Shown here piece by piece: positions 38,019-51,582 of a DNA stretch of 64,000 nucleotides (position 1 is the stretch's first letter; every line of letters starts with the position of its first letter). The notes under the pieces were generated by a model that saw only the letters and a program-made list of their open reading frames with translations, was not told where the DNA came from and made no database searches. A program made the translations under genes and the position numbers. Origin of the DNA: Podarcis gaigeae (taxonomy: Eukaryota); assembly GCA_964106915.2 (NCBI GenBank), contig OZ066914.1; one strand, 5' to 3'.

Positions 38019-41000
38019 GGTAAAAGTTGTTTGAATCCCCACCCCAAAACCCCTGCTATTGTGTGTTTGTGTGTAACTTTTTTTTTAAAGGAAAGAATGA
38101 ATTGTGGAAGGCTTTGTAGAATTCTCCCAGTTGTAGCTTTGTTAGATTGTTCCATACTTATTTCTCTACCCAGCAGGTAGACATAGTACAGGAAGAATGT
38201 AGAATTCTTAGTTTCTGGGGTCCCAAAGAAAGGCAAGTGACAGTGAATTTGATTTTGCTGAAAGTCTAGCAGACTTTGATATCAGACATGGGAACTGCAT
38301 GCTTTCCCTATCTGCTAATAACATTGAAGACTTTTCAATTTACGGTAAGTAAAATCTAATGTATCCTGCCTTCAGAGACCCCAGCAAAGGTCTCTCTCCT
38401 GAGCCTTATGTGCATAGAACAACCTATACAAACATCATGAGAATAAAATTAGCAAGGCTATGATCAGCTACAATTTTTTTTGACAGGAATCTTGTCAGTT
38501 TCTTGTGTTCTTGCTTAGAAAAACCAGAGCACATGGGTGTGGAAACTCTGGCATGTGACCTATATGACACAAAGCATGGGATAAATAAATTTGCAGCTGC
38601 AAAGGAAGAATTAGGAGCTTTGGTGTATGCTTCCGTTCCCTTAAAAGTGCATCTTACATTTGATGCTGTTTCAATTTGGTGCTGATTGTAAACTCTGCTG
38701 CTTTCCCGCCTGGTTTTTTTTTAATGACATCTTGGCTTAGTAGGACAATAGCATGAGCAATGTGGATCTTTTATATATGCCCTTCTGCTCTTTTTGTCAT
38801 TTTTCACATCCTTAAAAAACCAACGTCCTAGAAAATGGCCATTGTGCAACTGGTGTGACTCATTTCTGAGTAGTGAGTCCACTTACCAAGTGGATAGTAG
38901 TGTTCTAGGGAAATCAAGTTTTACCATGTGTCAGTTGCCTTTTACTTTAAAAACCCCCAATAAAAACCGATATTGCTTATGTTTTAATCTATTGTAACTC
39001 TTCCATATATTTCAGGATTAGGAAGGCTAGGACTGTGAATTAAATAACCAAATAAACTTTTAGAACAAAGAAGAAGTTGATTTATGGGGGATTAAAATAA
39101 CTAACACAGGTAAATCTGCTGAATACAATGATTATTCTGGGGAATTCTCCAATCTGGCTTTCTTTACCTTTGAACTTGACAATATGTGTGATCATATCAG
39201 TGCCTAGCATAAGCCAGCAAGAACCTAAGAGAGTGATGTAAGATGGCATGGAACACTGTTTAACAGCTTATGCGCTGCAGGGTGTGAAGTCCCACAGCAC
39301 CAGGATGGGAACATCTGTCCAGATGCTGGGATGAATTCTTGTGACCTTGTAGATATGTACTATATGTCTCACAAGAGGTTGTTCTGCATGCTTGGATTTT
39401 CACATCTCCTTGCCTCTTACTACTTTGTACTGATTTCTAAGAGCCATGAGAGCTTTTTCTTTTCTGAAATTCTATTTGAAGTGTACCTAGCTCTCAAATA
39501 CAGTAGATGGTGCTCCTGTTTCTAAAATATGGTGTTGATTTCACTTTTCTGATAATAGTTGCAGCTGCCAATGATTCATTCCCCATGTGACTCTTGCATA
39601 CTCTACTGGGACAGCAAAGTTCTTTGTCACTGGTACAATAAAACTGCTATTATACTGTTTCCTGAACATGCAGAATTTCATATTTGGAACACTAACTCCA
39701 TCTGAAAAGTGTCCCTTTAAAACCAACAGAAGATAGGTGTAAAAATCTTGATATTGTCTCTATGCAATCATATGTGGTTTATTTTTAGTTAGGCAGGCAG
39801 CACGACTGGAATGTCTTTCATCCTGTTCTCTAAAGGGTTCTCATGCACTGCTGGTGCTTTATTCTTTCCCATTGAAGTGAATGGAAGCCATTCACTTCTA
39901 TAAGAAAATAAAGCTGCTGAGCTTAGGCGCATCTATAGGGCCGGCTGGCAAGTTTTGCCTAATCACAATCACAAGCTGGTGACTGCAGCTATTTTATATT
40001 ATCCTCTAGAAATGATTGTCATGACTTCTATAGGACAAAATAAAATCAGCCATCACACTGGCTGACACTTCGCCCGTTGCTTAAATTAATTGTGTTTAGA
40101 AAAACAAATTTTCATCTCTGTATTTGCCATGACTGTCATCTGTTGTTTTTTGTTTGTCTTTTATCGTTAGTGATGGCTGATGCCATGGGCAATATATGCA
40201 GTGGAAGGTGTAATAGTACACATTCTGCTGTTTAATGTTGGAATTTCTATGTATTGGAAACCATGAAGAAATAACACTATCCAGATACTATCCCAAGCTG
40301 CCCTCAGAAAATGCTCATGCAAAGGTGAACCCTAAGCCCTTAGGGGAGAGCATCCCATACCTGTGAGCCAGCTGCTTAAGGAAAACTGTCTCTACATGCC
40401 TTTGCCATTCAAACATGGTACACCACAGATAGTGGTATGCCATTAATTTTAATGGACCACAGAAAAGGGGGCCCATTCGCAGTAAGTCTGTTGCTCAGCC
40501 ATTCTCAGAAATTGAGCATTGCTCCATCCCATCCTCAAGTTTAGGGAGCATGAGTACTTTGCAGGTGATGCTGTCATTTAGAGGAACTCTTAGCTGCTTT
40601 TTCTGTCATCCCATTCTGTTCCTCAGTCTGTTCCTCAGTTTTGACCTTTGCCCCTCCCACTCCTTTTTCTCCTTTCAGAATTTGGCTGTTTTGCCACAGC
40701 TTCTTATTTTACCCTGTAGTCCAGGTGTGGGGAACTTTTGCCTTCCAGATGTTGCTGAACTACAGCTCCCATCAGCTCCAGCAAGCATGCCCATTGGCCA
40801 GGGGTGATGGGAGTTGTAGTTCAGCAACTCTGCTGCAGTCCATTTAACTGGCCAGGAAAAGTCACTGCCCAACTAATGAAAGAGCAGCAGTGTTTAACTG
40901 CAGAGTTGGGGGGCTCCAAATCTTTATCCTTTGTTTCTGCCCTGTATTTCTTACATCATGAAACACTGGGTGATAAAAGGGAATATTAATTCCTTGTGTT

Positions 41001-41604
41001 GGGGTGTGTGGTGTTTCGCTTCCCTGTTGTGTGGAAGCTACTGAAGAAATAATACTAGTCTTTAGGTATCTACAGATTCTTCTTTTTAAAAAAAGCAATG
41101 ACAGGCTGGTTGCATATGGAGCTGAAATGAAGATGGGAGAGAATTCTTCACTTCTTAAAATGCAACGTGTCTTGTTTTAAAGGAAGAAAGGGACAGCCCT
41201 GTTTTTAACAGGAAAGCTGTTCTTGACCCACCAAAACAGACTTGTTCTTCAAGCAGCTGTGTTAATTCCCTTGTTATCTGACCTGGCCAAGCACTGTGTG
41301 TAATGCAAAATGACAACAGTCTGGTTGAAGGAGCCATTTTTGCTCATGCTTGCACTGAGGAACATATGGGCTGCCTTTTTTTTAGAGGGTTCTTTGTGTT
41401 CTTTGCAAAATATCTTTTCTGTACTTCATCACATTAATTTGCCTAAGGGAGCTTCTTTTTTTACTGAACAGGGGTAGGGGGACTGTGGCCCCTGGATGTT
41501 GTTAGACTACAATTCCCATCAGCTCATCAGTTAGGGATGACAGAAGTTGCAATCACGTCACATGGAAGAGGGAACAATTTTGTTTTCTCTTGCTCTGACT
41601 TCAA

Positions 41605-41840
41605 GTTAAAAGAAAGGACACTCCCGACTAAACATCAGGAATAACTTAATGATGATAAGATCTGTTGGACAGTGGAACGGACTCCTCAGGAGGTTGTGGA
41701 CTCTCCTTCATTGGAGGTTTTTGAGCAGAGGTTGGATGGCCATCTGTCATGGATGCTTTAGCTGAGATTCCTGCATTTTGGGGGTTTTGGACTAGATGAC
41801 CCTTGGGTCCTTTCCAGCTCTACGATTATATGATTCTGTG
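41605..41840 (+). mobile_element. CR1 LINE 3' fragment
   Basis: cagtggaac...ggaggttgtggactctccttc...ggactagatgaccc...gattct tail. Other CR1-like remnants at ~26190-26335, ~43140-43930 and ~55085-55320. Confidence 0.75.
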
Positions 41841-42771
41841 AACTTTTGGAGGGACACACGTTCCCCCTCCCTATCCAGAAACTCTCTTGTGTGGCTCAGA
41901 GGAGCAGGTTATTTGCTCAACAGGGAGTCCTTTGTGATTAAATATGCAGCTTTTGTTTTTACCTCTCCATTCAAGATGGAAGGAAGTATGAAGCTAGCAT
42001 TTCCCATTCATCCATAAAAATTGCTTTAGGATAGGCATCTTATGACCAGAGTGATCCTCTCTTGGAATCAAGGACAAAACCAGCTTGTTTCCAACCAAAT
42101 GGAAGAGCCAAAGGCCTGGCAAGTGGTCTTTCATGCTTGTCACTCTCAGAATTGCTCAGGACACTCATAAACTAGATTAGGCGAACCAAATAAGGCTGAT
42201 GTCAGTCTACATCTTTTTTTATTTAACCTAGATGGTTTTCCAGCCTGCTGATTACATCTTTATTTTATCGGGAGAAATGTCTTCTGCAAGTAGCAAGGCT
42301 TTGAGATGTGGCACAAAACAGCAAAAAGTCATTAGCGCCACCAACCATTCTATGTATGTTAGCTTGCTGATGGCATATATAAGTGGGATGTGCAAAAAAT
42401 ACTGCAGCCTGACACGTTCCTGTTCACTGTTCCAGTCAGTTGGACACACCCCTTTTCAACTATTCTTCTAGTTGGTTTTCAGATTTTTTTGCTTTCAACC
42501 AGCCAATGTTCTATGGCCATTGAATTCTCATTGGACTGGGGTTTTTTTTTTGGGGGGGGTATCTCCCCCTCAGTTGTACTCATACAGACCTTGGAGTACT
42601 GCCCTTCTATGTATTGGTGGTGCCATCGTTTGGTTATATTTGTGTAAGAACACAAAAGACTACAGTTGGAAGTTGAGAGAATGATAATACATGAAGCTGG
42701 CTATTCAGAGCAAGTCCAAAAGACCTGATGGCCACAGGTTTGCGTGTCGTTTTAAAATAATTGTTTAAAAT

Positions 42772-42907
42772 CAGGCATCCGCAAACTCGGCCCTCCAGCT
42801 GTATTGGGACTACAACTCCCATCATCCCTAGCTAACAGGACCAGTGGTCAGGGGTGATGGGAATTGTAGTCCCAAAACAGCTGGAGGGCTGAATTTGGGA
42901 ATGGCTG
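42772..42907. mobile_element. Palindromic hAT (Charlie-like) MITE
   Basis: Homologous to the copy at 26738; TSD tttaaaat. Confidence 0.85.
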
Positions 42908-45900
42908 TTTAAAATAAACTCTGGTTTAGGGGTGTATGAAATGTGAGCGTACCCACACGTTTGCAAAACAATTGTATGTGTTTTGAGGGACTTGTCTCGT
43001 CATACATAGCAATATTGGTTTGTTTGTGAGTGTGCTTCTGTACTCATTTCCCAGGTGACTCTTGCATACTGTACTGAGACTGATAGTAGGGGGACTTTCT
43101 GGCATCAGTGTTGCTTGAGATGAAAGATGAAGAGATAGGACAGGTCTGTAGAGATCTATGCTGTGAAAAGGTTCAGAAAAGGGCAACCAAAATGATCAAG
43201 TGAGTAAAGCAACTCCCCTGTAAAGAAAGCTTGCTCTAAACTTACTAGTTTAGAGAAAAGTTGAGATGAGGCATGAAGAAAGTGGAGACAGAAATGTTTT
43301 TCTTTCTCCTCCATAACATCTGATGAAGCTGAATGTTGGAAGATTCAGGACAGATAAAGGAAAGTGCTTCTTCATGGAGTAAATTGCTGCCACAAGGTAC
43401 TAAGGCAGTGGCCACTCACACAACTAGAAAGGGGATGTGATATATTAATGGAGAAGTAGTGTGGTGATGATTATACGGAACCTCAAGAGTTCAGAGGCAA
43501 TGTGCCTGAGAACCACTTGCTGATGAGCAAGGAGGGCTCTTGTTTTTAAAATTATGGTTGGCCCAGGGAAACTGAGTAAAGAAAAGTTCTCTCTAATAAC
43601 AATGAAGCTTAATGTTGAAAGATCCAGGACATATAAAAGAAAGTATTTTTTTTCAAGCAGTGCATAGTTAAACTATGGAACTTGCTTCCACCTGAGGCAG
43701 TGGTGGCCACCAACTTGGATAGTTTTAAAAGAAGATTAGACGAATTCAGGGATGAGAAGTGTCTACCAACCACTATGGCTGTGTTTTGCTTCCACTTTTG
43801 AAGACAGTATGCTGGGAATCGCAGGGGGGCAGAGTGCTGTTGCACTCTGGTCTGTGTTGCAGGCTTCCCACAGGCATCTGGTTGACTACTGTGAGAACAG
43901 GATGATGGCCTAGATAGGCCATCTTATGTTCCTGTGTGAGACAACGAAGATAATTGTCTTGACAAAGTTGTAGATATGGATACGACATCTAAGGAATGAT
44001 GCTACATTTGTCACAGTATGATTCATACAGCAAGCTATGCATCCAGGCTACTAGACTGCTGAGAATTCAGAGGCTGCTGAGAAACCCAAAGTTGGCTGTG
44101 CTTAATTTAAGTTGAAAAGTGACAGGATAAGTGGTTGGTGATATTTCTAAAGTCTCATCTATGTGTTCAAAGCTTGCAATTGCAGAGCAAGGTCTCCTGG
44201 ACAAAAACATTTTGATGACACATAGCTTCCTGAAGAATGGAACAACACAGTTACAAATGTTTAGGTATACCTGAGCTGTTTGGGAGAGCTGCCTTCTAGC
44301 AATTATTATTATTATTCTGAAAGATAAAAGATTGGGGACTCTTTAGGGTGTCTGGGGCTGAGCCATAATGGTAGCCAGCATTTGGTTTTTTGGGTTTTGC
44401 TTTTTGTGCCCCTGCTGTACTTGAATAAATGAAGAACTGTAGTTTTCAGAGCTGTCACATTGGGACCTTTCAGCAGCTCTAAAATGCACACACAGCAGTT
44501 TTTCTTTAAAAAAGGAAAACTCCCCCCCCCAAAAAATCTCTTTAATTCCCATCACTGTGAAGTAAAAAGAGAATATTTCATTTGACTGTTCCAGTTCTGC
44601 AGCTGCACAATGCATAGCTGGAGGCTTCAACAACAACAGTCTTAAAGAAGAGGCTTGAAAATTATCACATTCCCTCTTCAAGTAAAATATTTCATAACAT
44701 TTCCCCGGCTTTCTTTTCACCAGTGCATGATCTGTGTTGCCAGCAGTGAATATTGTGATGTGATTAATTTAGGGATTTATGACAAAGGGAATGTAATTTT
44801 GTAATCTGGCTTTCGAAATCAGTGCTACAACAACGGAATGAGTTTCTCTAGCAACAGAGGTGATCTAACATTGCAAATTGCTAGGCAGTGCTGGAGAAAT
44901 TGCTGCTTGTTGTTTTGCTAACCTAAGGGTTGGCTGCTTTAGATTTTACTGAATAATTTGGTGAGTCTGGAATCTGTAGCAGAACACAGGGTTTGAGGAG
45001 GCCTGACTTATTCACTCTTTCTTTATGCCTGTCTTGTGTTAATGAGCATTAATATCCTCTGTGTACATTGCTCTCTCTGTATTTGTTTACTTAACATGCT
45101 TTTCAGTAAAATAACAGAAATTAGTTTTTCACAATGCTATTGAACAGAAATTAATGTCAATTTCTTCATGAAACAGTTACTGAGGTTGCTGAGCATATGT
45201 GACAGATGGCGCTTCTGTGTCGCATCCCATGTTTCATTCTACCTTGCATTCTGTGCATATATAATTTCATTTAAAAATGTTGCTTTTGGTGTGTGTCTTG
45301 GTGTGAACTCACTGAAACATCAACAAAATCCTTCTTTGAATATTGAATCAAGTGATAGTTCGGAAAGCTGTGCTGTTGGCTTGTTTCCAGGTTAGTTTGT
45401 AAAGCACGGTCTAAGTGAGGAGTATTGGTGTTCTGTGTTGTTAAAGGTGACCTTCAGATGTAAAATGCAAAAACCTATTAACGTAGCCATGTTTTCCTGG
45501 CTTTACAGTAGCCAGAGTCAAAGTGAGACAATTCTGCATGTAAGTTCAAAACCTAATTCTCCTGGTTTTCTTGTGCGCCACACAGACCTCATTTTATTAG
45601 CAGACTCCTCATGTTGTTAATCTCAAATGTGAAAAACCTGTGACCCAACACATAAATGCTTACAGTAGAGAATGCTAACTGTTAACTGTTACAGTAATAA
45701 TGCTACAAGCATGGTACTGTATACCCCTGGACGAAAGGAAAATACATGGTGTGTGAAGATGATCGGTAAATTCTTCTCTGCCTTTTGGAAGGCCAAGATT
45801 ATGGGTCTTTAAAAAAAAAAATCAATACACTATGCCTTTCCATCAGTTGATGCCCAAGGCAGCTTATATAAAATCATAAAAAATAAATTTTGGCAATAAC

Positions 45901-47059
45901 CCCCCAATAAAAACAGCAGGCGCTACAAAAGCTAAAAACACAATAGTAGCATCTGTCTTAGTTTCTACAGATCTTTGTAGACAGTTGCAGACATCCATCA
46001 GACACAAGCTCCAGTCACCTCTCTGGACCTTAAACACACCTGAGTTTTAAAAATCTATCTACACACTATTTCAATTAGTCTCCAATCCAAAGCCCACTTG
46101 CCTGGACGTCATCCCCATTGAACTCAATAGTACCAGTTTTCAATAGACATGTATAGGATTTCACCCTTAGCCTTTTTCTGGTATGTGAAATATTGGTCAA
46201 TTTCTTTATGGGGGAAAATCAGGTTATGATATACTCAATATCTATATGCTAATGAAATGTAACAGAAACATGGACACTACTGCATACACTTTGCAAGCTT
46301 GAAGAGAGGCAAACAACGTCTTAATGGATCTAGCACAGCTAAGCGTTGCTTTATAATTAGTTTCACTGTTGAGAAGCCAGGCCCTCCTGGTACAGCTGTT
46401 TCAGTCCTGCACAGCTATTATTCACATGGGCGTGTTGCTGTGGGTTTGTGGGTTTGTTGGAATGTATATACTCAGTAAATCAATGGAGAGCAAAACTGCA
46501 TTCAGTTAACCTTTTTTATGTCAGCCCCTGTACAAATGATTACTGCGGTAATAACCATTAAAGAAGAAATTATGAGCATGTGTGTTCATTTAAAGCAGTT
46601 TTAAATTTGTAAAGGAAGACAAACACACTGCATTAAACCCCATACTTGTTCCTAGGCTTTTGTTGAATGTCTGCAAGTTACCCCTTTTAATTTCCTCTTA
46701 GCACTGTTTCTGATTGTTTCTGGGACTAATCCCAGCCAGTTGAAAATCCTGTTGTAAATAAGGATGCTACAATGCTATGTAGGTAACCAATGTCACAAAG
46801 TCATTCAGCTTGAAGGCAATGCTTCTTTCATCCTGAATGGTTTTTTGCCCTTGTTTGCAGCTCCTCCCAGTAAATCAGGGGTGGGAAACATGTGGCCCTC
46901 CAGTTGTTGCCCGTCTACAAATTTGATCCTTCCTGATCTTTGGCCAGCTTGGCTACAGCTAATGGGAGTTAGGATCCAGCAATATCTGGAGGTCCTCAGA
47001 TCCCTCATCCCTGCAACACACACACTAAGAGGTGGGATGCTTTACAAAATGGGTGAAAG

Positions 47060-47645
47060 TATACCTGAAGGAGCGTCTCCACCCTCATCATTCTGCCTGG
47101 ACACTGAGGTCCAGCTCTGAGGGCCTTCTGGTGGTTCCCTCACTGTGAGATTACAGGGAACCAGACAGAGGGCCTTCTCGGTGGTGGCGCCTGCCCTGTG
47201 GAACGCCCTGCCTTCATATGTCAAGGAAATACAGTGGTATCTCTGGATACAAACAGGATCTGTTCCGGAGCCCTGTTCGCATCCTGAAGTGAACGTAACA
47301 CGCGACTGTGCGTCTGTGGGTCACATTTTGCCACTTCCGCTCATGTGCATGACATCATTTTGAGCGTCTGCGCATGCGCAAGCGGTGAAATCCGGGAGTA
47401 ACGTGTTCCGTTACTTCTGGGTTGCCGCGGGGCGCAACCCGAAAACGCTTAACCTGAAGCGTATTCATCCCGAGGTGTGAGTGTAAACAACTATCTGACT
47501 TTTAGAGGACATCTGAAGGCAGCCCTGTTTAGGGAAGTTTTTAATATTTGATGTTTTATTCTGTTTTTAATCTGTTGGGAGCTGCCTAGAGTAGCTGGGG
47601 AAACCTAACCGGATGGGTGGGGTATAAATAATAAATTATTATTAT
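47060..47645 (+). mobile_element. L2-clade LINE 3' fragment interrupted by a mariner MITE (47232-47483)
   Basis: Encodes YLKERL...RAFSVVAPALWNALP; (TAT)n tail; TA-flanked insertion beginning CAGTGGTA. Confidence 0.8.
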
Positions 47646-48198
47646 TTTGCAAAAAGTGTCTGTGGTGTTTGTCATTGTCACTGACTTGCACAGATTTGTA
47701 TGTTAAGAGATATACAGTAGAATGTTATTTAGAGAGATAGTTGTAAGATATAAAGTAAGGTGTGAATGAGATATTGGCACATGTCTTACGCTAATTGGCT
47801 AAGAGTGGAGTGTGACTTTTAGAACAGTTGTGTGTGAGGAAAAGAGGTAGTTGGGTTTTGGAGGAAGAAGAAGGTTGGCTGGTGTGGCACTGAGGAGTAG
47901 GGGGAAGTATAAGATAGGATTAGAACTTGCATTAGGAATAGAATTCTAGGCACATGTTATGTAATACAAAGTATCCAAGCACTGTTATCGAAAACAAACA
48001 ATAAGAACTTGTTATATTCAGCTGTTACTATAATAATAAATATTTGTTCATTCAAACTACATCTCCTGTTAGGTCAACATATTGAGGCTGTGACAAAATC
48101 AGTCAAAGATGTAAGTGTCTATATGGTGGCAGTAGAACACCAGTAGTTAGAGAAGATGGCTTCAGGTATTTGGAGCACAGAGCTGGAACTCTATAAGG

Positions 48199-48453
48199 CA
48201 GGGCTCAGCAACCTTTCTCAGCTGTGAGCCAGTCCACCATCCCTCAGGCCATGTGGGGGGGCCATACTATATTTTTTTGGGGGGGGGGGATGAACAAATG
48301 CCTATGCCCCACAAATAACCCAGAGATGCATTTTAAATAAAAGGACACATTCTACTCATGTAAAAATACACTGATTCCTGGATCATCCGCAGGCCGGATC
48401 TAGTAGGCAATTGGGCCACATCTGGCCCACGGGCCTTATGTTGTCTACCGCTG
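48199..48453 (+). mobile_element. hAT MITE family A (inside a possible old LTR, ~47701-48581)
   Basis: TSD ctataagg (48191-48198, 48454-48461). Confidence 0.85.
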
Positions 48454-48964
48454 CTATAAGGCAAATAGGAACTCAGGAGAGCCTTTGCCAATCAAAAGGG
48501 ATTGGGGATTTGAACTGAAGTATCCTCTGGCTCCTAAGTACAAGGCTTGTGTGGGGAGGGCATGGCTGTATCATCCTCCCAATTTCAACTTGGATGGTTT
48601 GATTTCCTGTCATACACTGAGACTCCTATTCGTCCTCTTTTTGTAGTAAAGGCTATACCAACCAGGCTTGTATTTGAAAAGCCAGTAGTGGTTTGCTGGT
48701 GAATTTTGGGGAAAATGGCCTGAGTGTTTGGAGTTCCGCACGCTTGTTGTATATTAAAAGAGAAAGCTGCAGTATCTCCAAACAATTTTACACATCACTT
48801 GGGAAGACAGGCTAACTAATGTCAGTGTACTGGAAAAAAACAAAGATCACCAGTTTTGAAGCAATGATTCTTCAACATCAACTTTGTTGGACTGGTCATG
48901 TTGTTCAGATGCCTGATTACCATCTAGCAACTACTCTATTACCAAAGCAACTACTCTATTCCCA

Positions 48965-49241
48965 ACTCAAGGCAAACCTAAAAAAAATGTAACATAGGCA
49001 CTGATAACTGGGAAACACTGGTCCTCGAGCACTCCAATTGGAGAACAGTCCTTACTAAAGACGTCATGGACTTCTAAGAAGCTCGAACTCAGGGCAAAAA
49101 GAAGAAATAAGCTAAGAGGAAGGCATGCTTGGCAAACCCTCACCGTCATCAACTCCCAGAAACCTATGTCTCCACTGTGGAAGGACGTGTGGATCCAGAA
49201 TTGGCCTCCAAAGTCAGTTATGGACTCACTGTTAAGACCAT
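48965..49241 (+). mobile_element. RTE-clade LINE 3' fragment (degenerate)
   Basis: Ends in a C2H2-like C.HCGRTCGSRIGL...RTHC* motif typical of RTE ORF2 C-termini. Confidence 0.6.
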
Positions 49242-50160
49242 GTTACAGATAGGTAGCCGTGTTGGTCTGCCATAGTCAAAACAAAAAAAATTCCTTCCAG
49301 TAGCACCTTAAAGACCAACTAAGTCAGTTCTTGGTATGAGCTTTCATGTGCATGCACACTTCTTCAGATACACTGAAACAGAAGTTTCCAGACCCTTCTA
49401 TATAGTGAGAAGGTGGGGAGGGGTATTACTCAGAAGGGTGGTGGGAATGGGTGATTGGCAGATAGCTGTGATGAGCCTGTTGACGACTCTTAACGACTGC
49501 AATAGGTCTTACAGAAAAAAGCAAGGGGTGAAAAGGTGAAAAATGGCTTTGTCATGTATAATGAGATAAGAATCCAAGGTCTTTGTTCAGACCAGGTTTC
49601 TCCATGGTTTTAAGTTTGGTGATAAGTTGCAATTCAGCAGCTTCTCTTTCCAGTCTACTTCTGAAATTCCTTTGTAGTAAAACAGCTACTTTGAGATCTT
49701 GTATAGAATGTCCTGGGAGATTGAAGTGTTCTCCTACTGGTTTCTCTGTCTTGTGATTCCTGATGTCCGATTTATGTCCGTTTATTCTTTGGCGTAAGGT
49801 CTGGCCTGTTTGTCCAATATAGAGAGCTGAAGGACACTGTTGGCATTTGATGGCATACACAATGTTAGACGATGAGCAATTAAATAGTCCCGAGATGGTA
49901 TGTGTGATGTTGTTGGGGCCAGTAATGGTGTTGTCCGGGTGTATGTGGCAGCAAAGTTGGCATCTGGGTTTATTGCAGGCTCTGGTGCCAGTGTCCGTGT
50001 TAGGTCTGGTTGTAGTATTATTGTGGGTTAGGAGTTGTTTAAGACTGGGTGGCTGTCTGTAGGCAATGAAAGGTCTTCCTCCCAGAGCTTGAGAAAGAGA
50101 ACTGTCATTGTCCAGGAGAGGTTGTAGATCTCTGATGATGCGTTGTACTGTTTTAACTTG
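49242..50160 (-). mobile_element. Penelope-like element (Neptune type), 5'-truncated: Cys linker, GIY-YIG endonuclease and pLTR
   Basis: Open frame ...CNKPRCQLC...NIVYAIKCQQCPSALYIGQTGQTLRQRINGH...EHFNLPGH...PGLN, stop at 49552-49554; hammerhead motif in the 3' region. Confidence 0.92.
49334..49371 (-). ncRNA. Minimal type I hammerhead ribozyme motif
   Basis: Minus-strand RNA reads GUAU-CUGAAGA-A-GUGUGCAUGCACAU-GAAA-GC-UC-AUAC: core boxes, palindromic helix II and helix I GUAU/AUAC. Confidence 0.75.
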
Positions 50161-50493
50161 GAGTCCCATGGACTGCAAGAAGATCAAACGTATCCATTCT
50201 TAATGAAATCAGCCGTGAGTGCTCACTGGAAGGACAGATCGTGAAGTTGAGGCTCCAATACTTTGGCCACCTCATGAGAAGAGAAGACTCTGGAAAAGAC
50301 CCTGATGTTGGGAAAGATGGAGGGCACTAGGAGAAGGGGACGACAGAGGACGAGATGGTTGGATGGTGTTCTCGAAGCTACAAACATGAGTCTGACCAAA
50401 CTGCGGGAGGCAGTGGAAGACAGGAGTGCCTGGCGTGCTGTGGTCCATGGGGTCACGAAGAGTCGGGCACGACTAAACGACTAAACAACAACA
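50161..50493 (+). mobile_element. BovB 5'-truncated 3' fragment
   Basis: Homologous to the copy at 5007-5546; (AAC)n tail. Confidence 0.92.
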
Positions 50494-51504
50494 ATGAGCA
50501 TGTCATCTTTATGTTTGCCTTGGTATAAGATTTCAAAAATTGTATTTGCATTTTATGATAGCTAGAAATGTCACCTTCCTATAGATATATCAATTTCTCT
50601 CTCTCTCTTACATATTGCTCCTATTCATAAGTCTTGGAGGTTTGGAGCTATTAGCTATAATGAAGATATAGGTGCAGAAGGGACTGATTTATCTAGCTAC
50701 ATAATAACATACCATAGGATTCTGGTTCCAATCTGCTGGCTTGTTCCAAAAGCTTAATTGGGTCCTTTTCACCTTGGCACCAGAATGAGCCAGCTGAGCA
50801 TTGTTGCTTCAGTTGTTAAAAGTTTGAAAATGGTGAGAACAAGTCCCAGAGCTATGATGTTAAGGCTCCCTAAATGCTGTTAAATGCTGTTAAAGGGAAA
50901 AGGCATTGGGGGAGGTGAAACATGCAGTCAGAAATATAATGGGAGGTAGGAGAGATTCAGAAAAACAGTCTTCTGAAGTCCTCTGTGTAAGAATGAGACA
51001 TTTTTGATATGTTTGTGAATGAAAACTGTAGTAGCCCCATCCATTTGACATGAAATGGACAGTCAATCAAGTTAGATTATCAGAAGCTAGAACAAATCCC
51101 TGGAGCAGATTCTCCATGCATCTCTCTCTTATAGGCACATGCCTGCATCAATGAACAAAGATTAAGCTTTGACTTTAATATATGTGCTTTGGAAAACCGA
51201 GGGGCCATCATGGAATCTGTGCTAATGAGTCTGAGTCACTATTGTATTATTGCATGCTTGGTATTTCTTTAACACCTTTAGACTGTTTAAAACCTTTACA
51301 TGCATTATCCTGAGAGTCCTTACAACAGCTTATGCCAGCAGCTTCTGGGCTTTGTACGTAGTGTTCTAGATTTTTCGTTCCTTCCTTTTATCCTAGGTAT
51401 TTTTTCCTCTCTTGTTTTTTTGAAAGTGTATTTTAGCTCACAATGTTCTGGGTACTCCTTTGCTTCTATTCTGGTTATTCCCCCCCCCCTTTTTTATATT
51501 TCAG

Positions 51505-51582
51505 GTGCTTATAATTGGTGGGTCTTTTGGGCTCCGTGAGTTTGCCCAAATTCGCTATGATGCTCAGAAGCTCCACAGCAAG
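51505..51582 (+). CDS. COX16: COX16 coding exon 2: VLIIGGSFGLREFAQIRYDAQKLHSK
   Basis: Pyrimidine-rich tract and tttcag acceptor; gtaagc donor at 51583; 78 nt, phase 0/0. Carries the GGSFGLREF.QIRYD COX16 signature. Confidence 0.95.

Noticed and set aside
50161-50187. Start codon of the 211-aa GIY-YIG ORF as a domesticated gene
   Set aside because: The 'start' is a TTG in antisense BovB sequence; the ORF is a truncated Penelope fragment with no promoter evidence.
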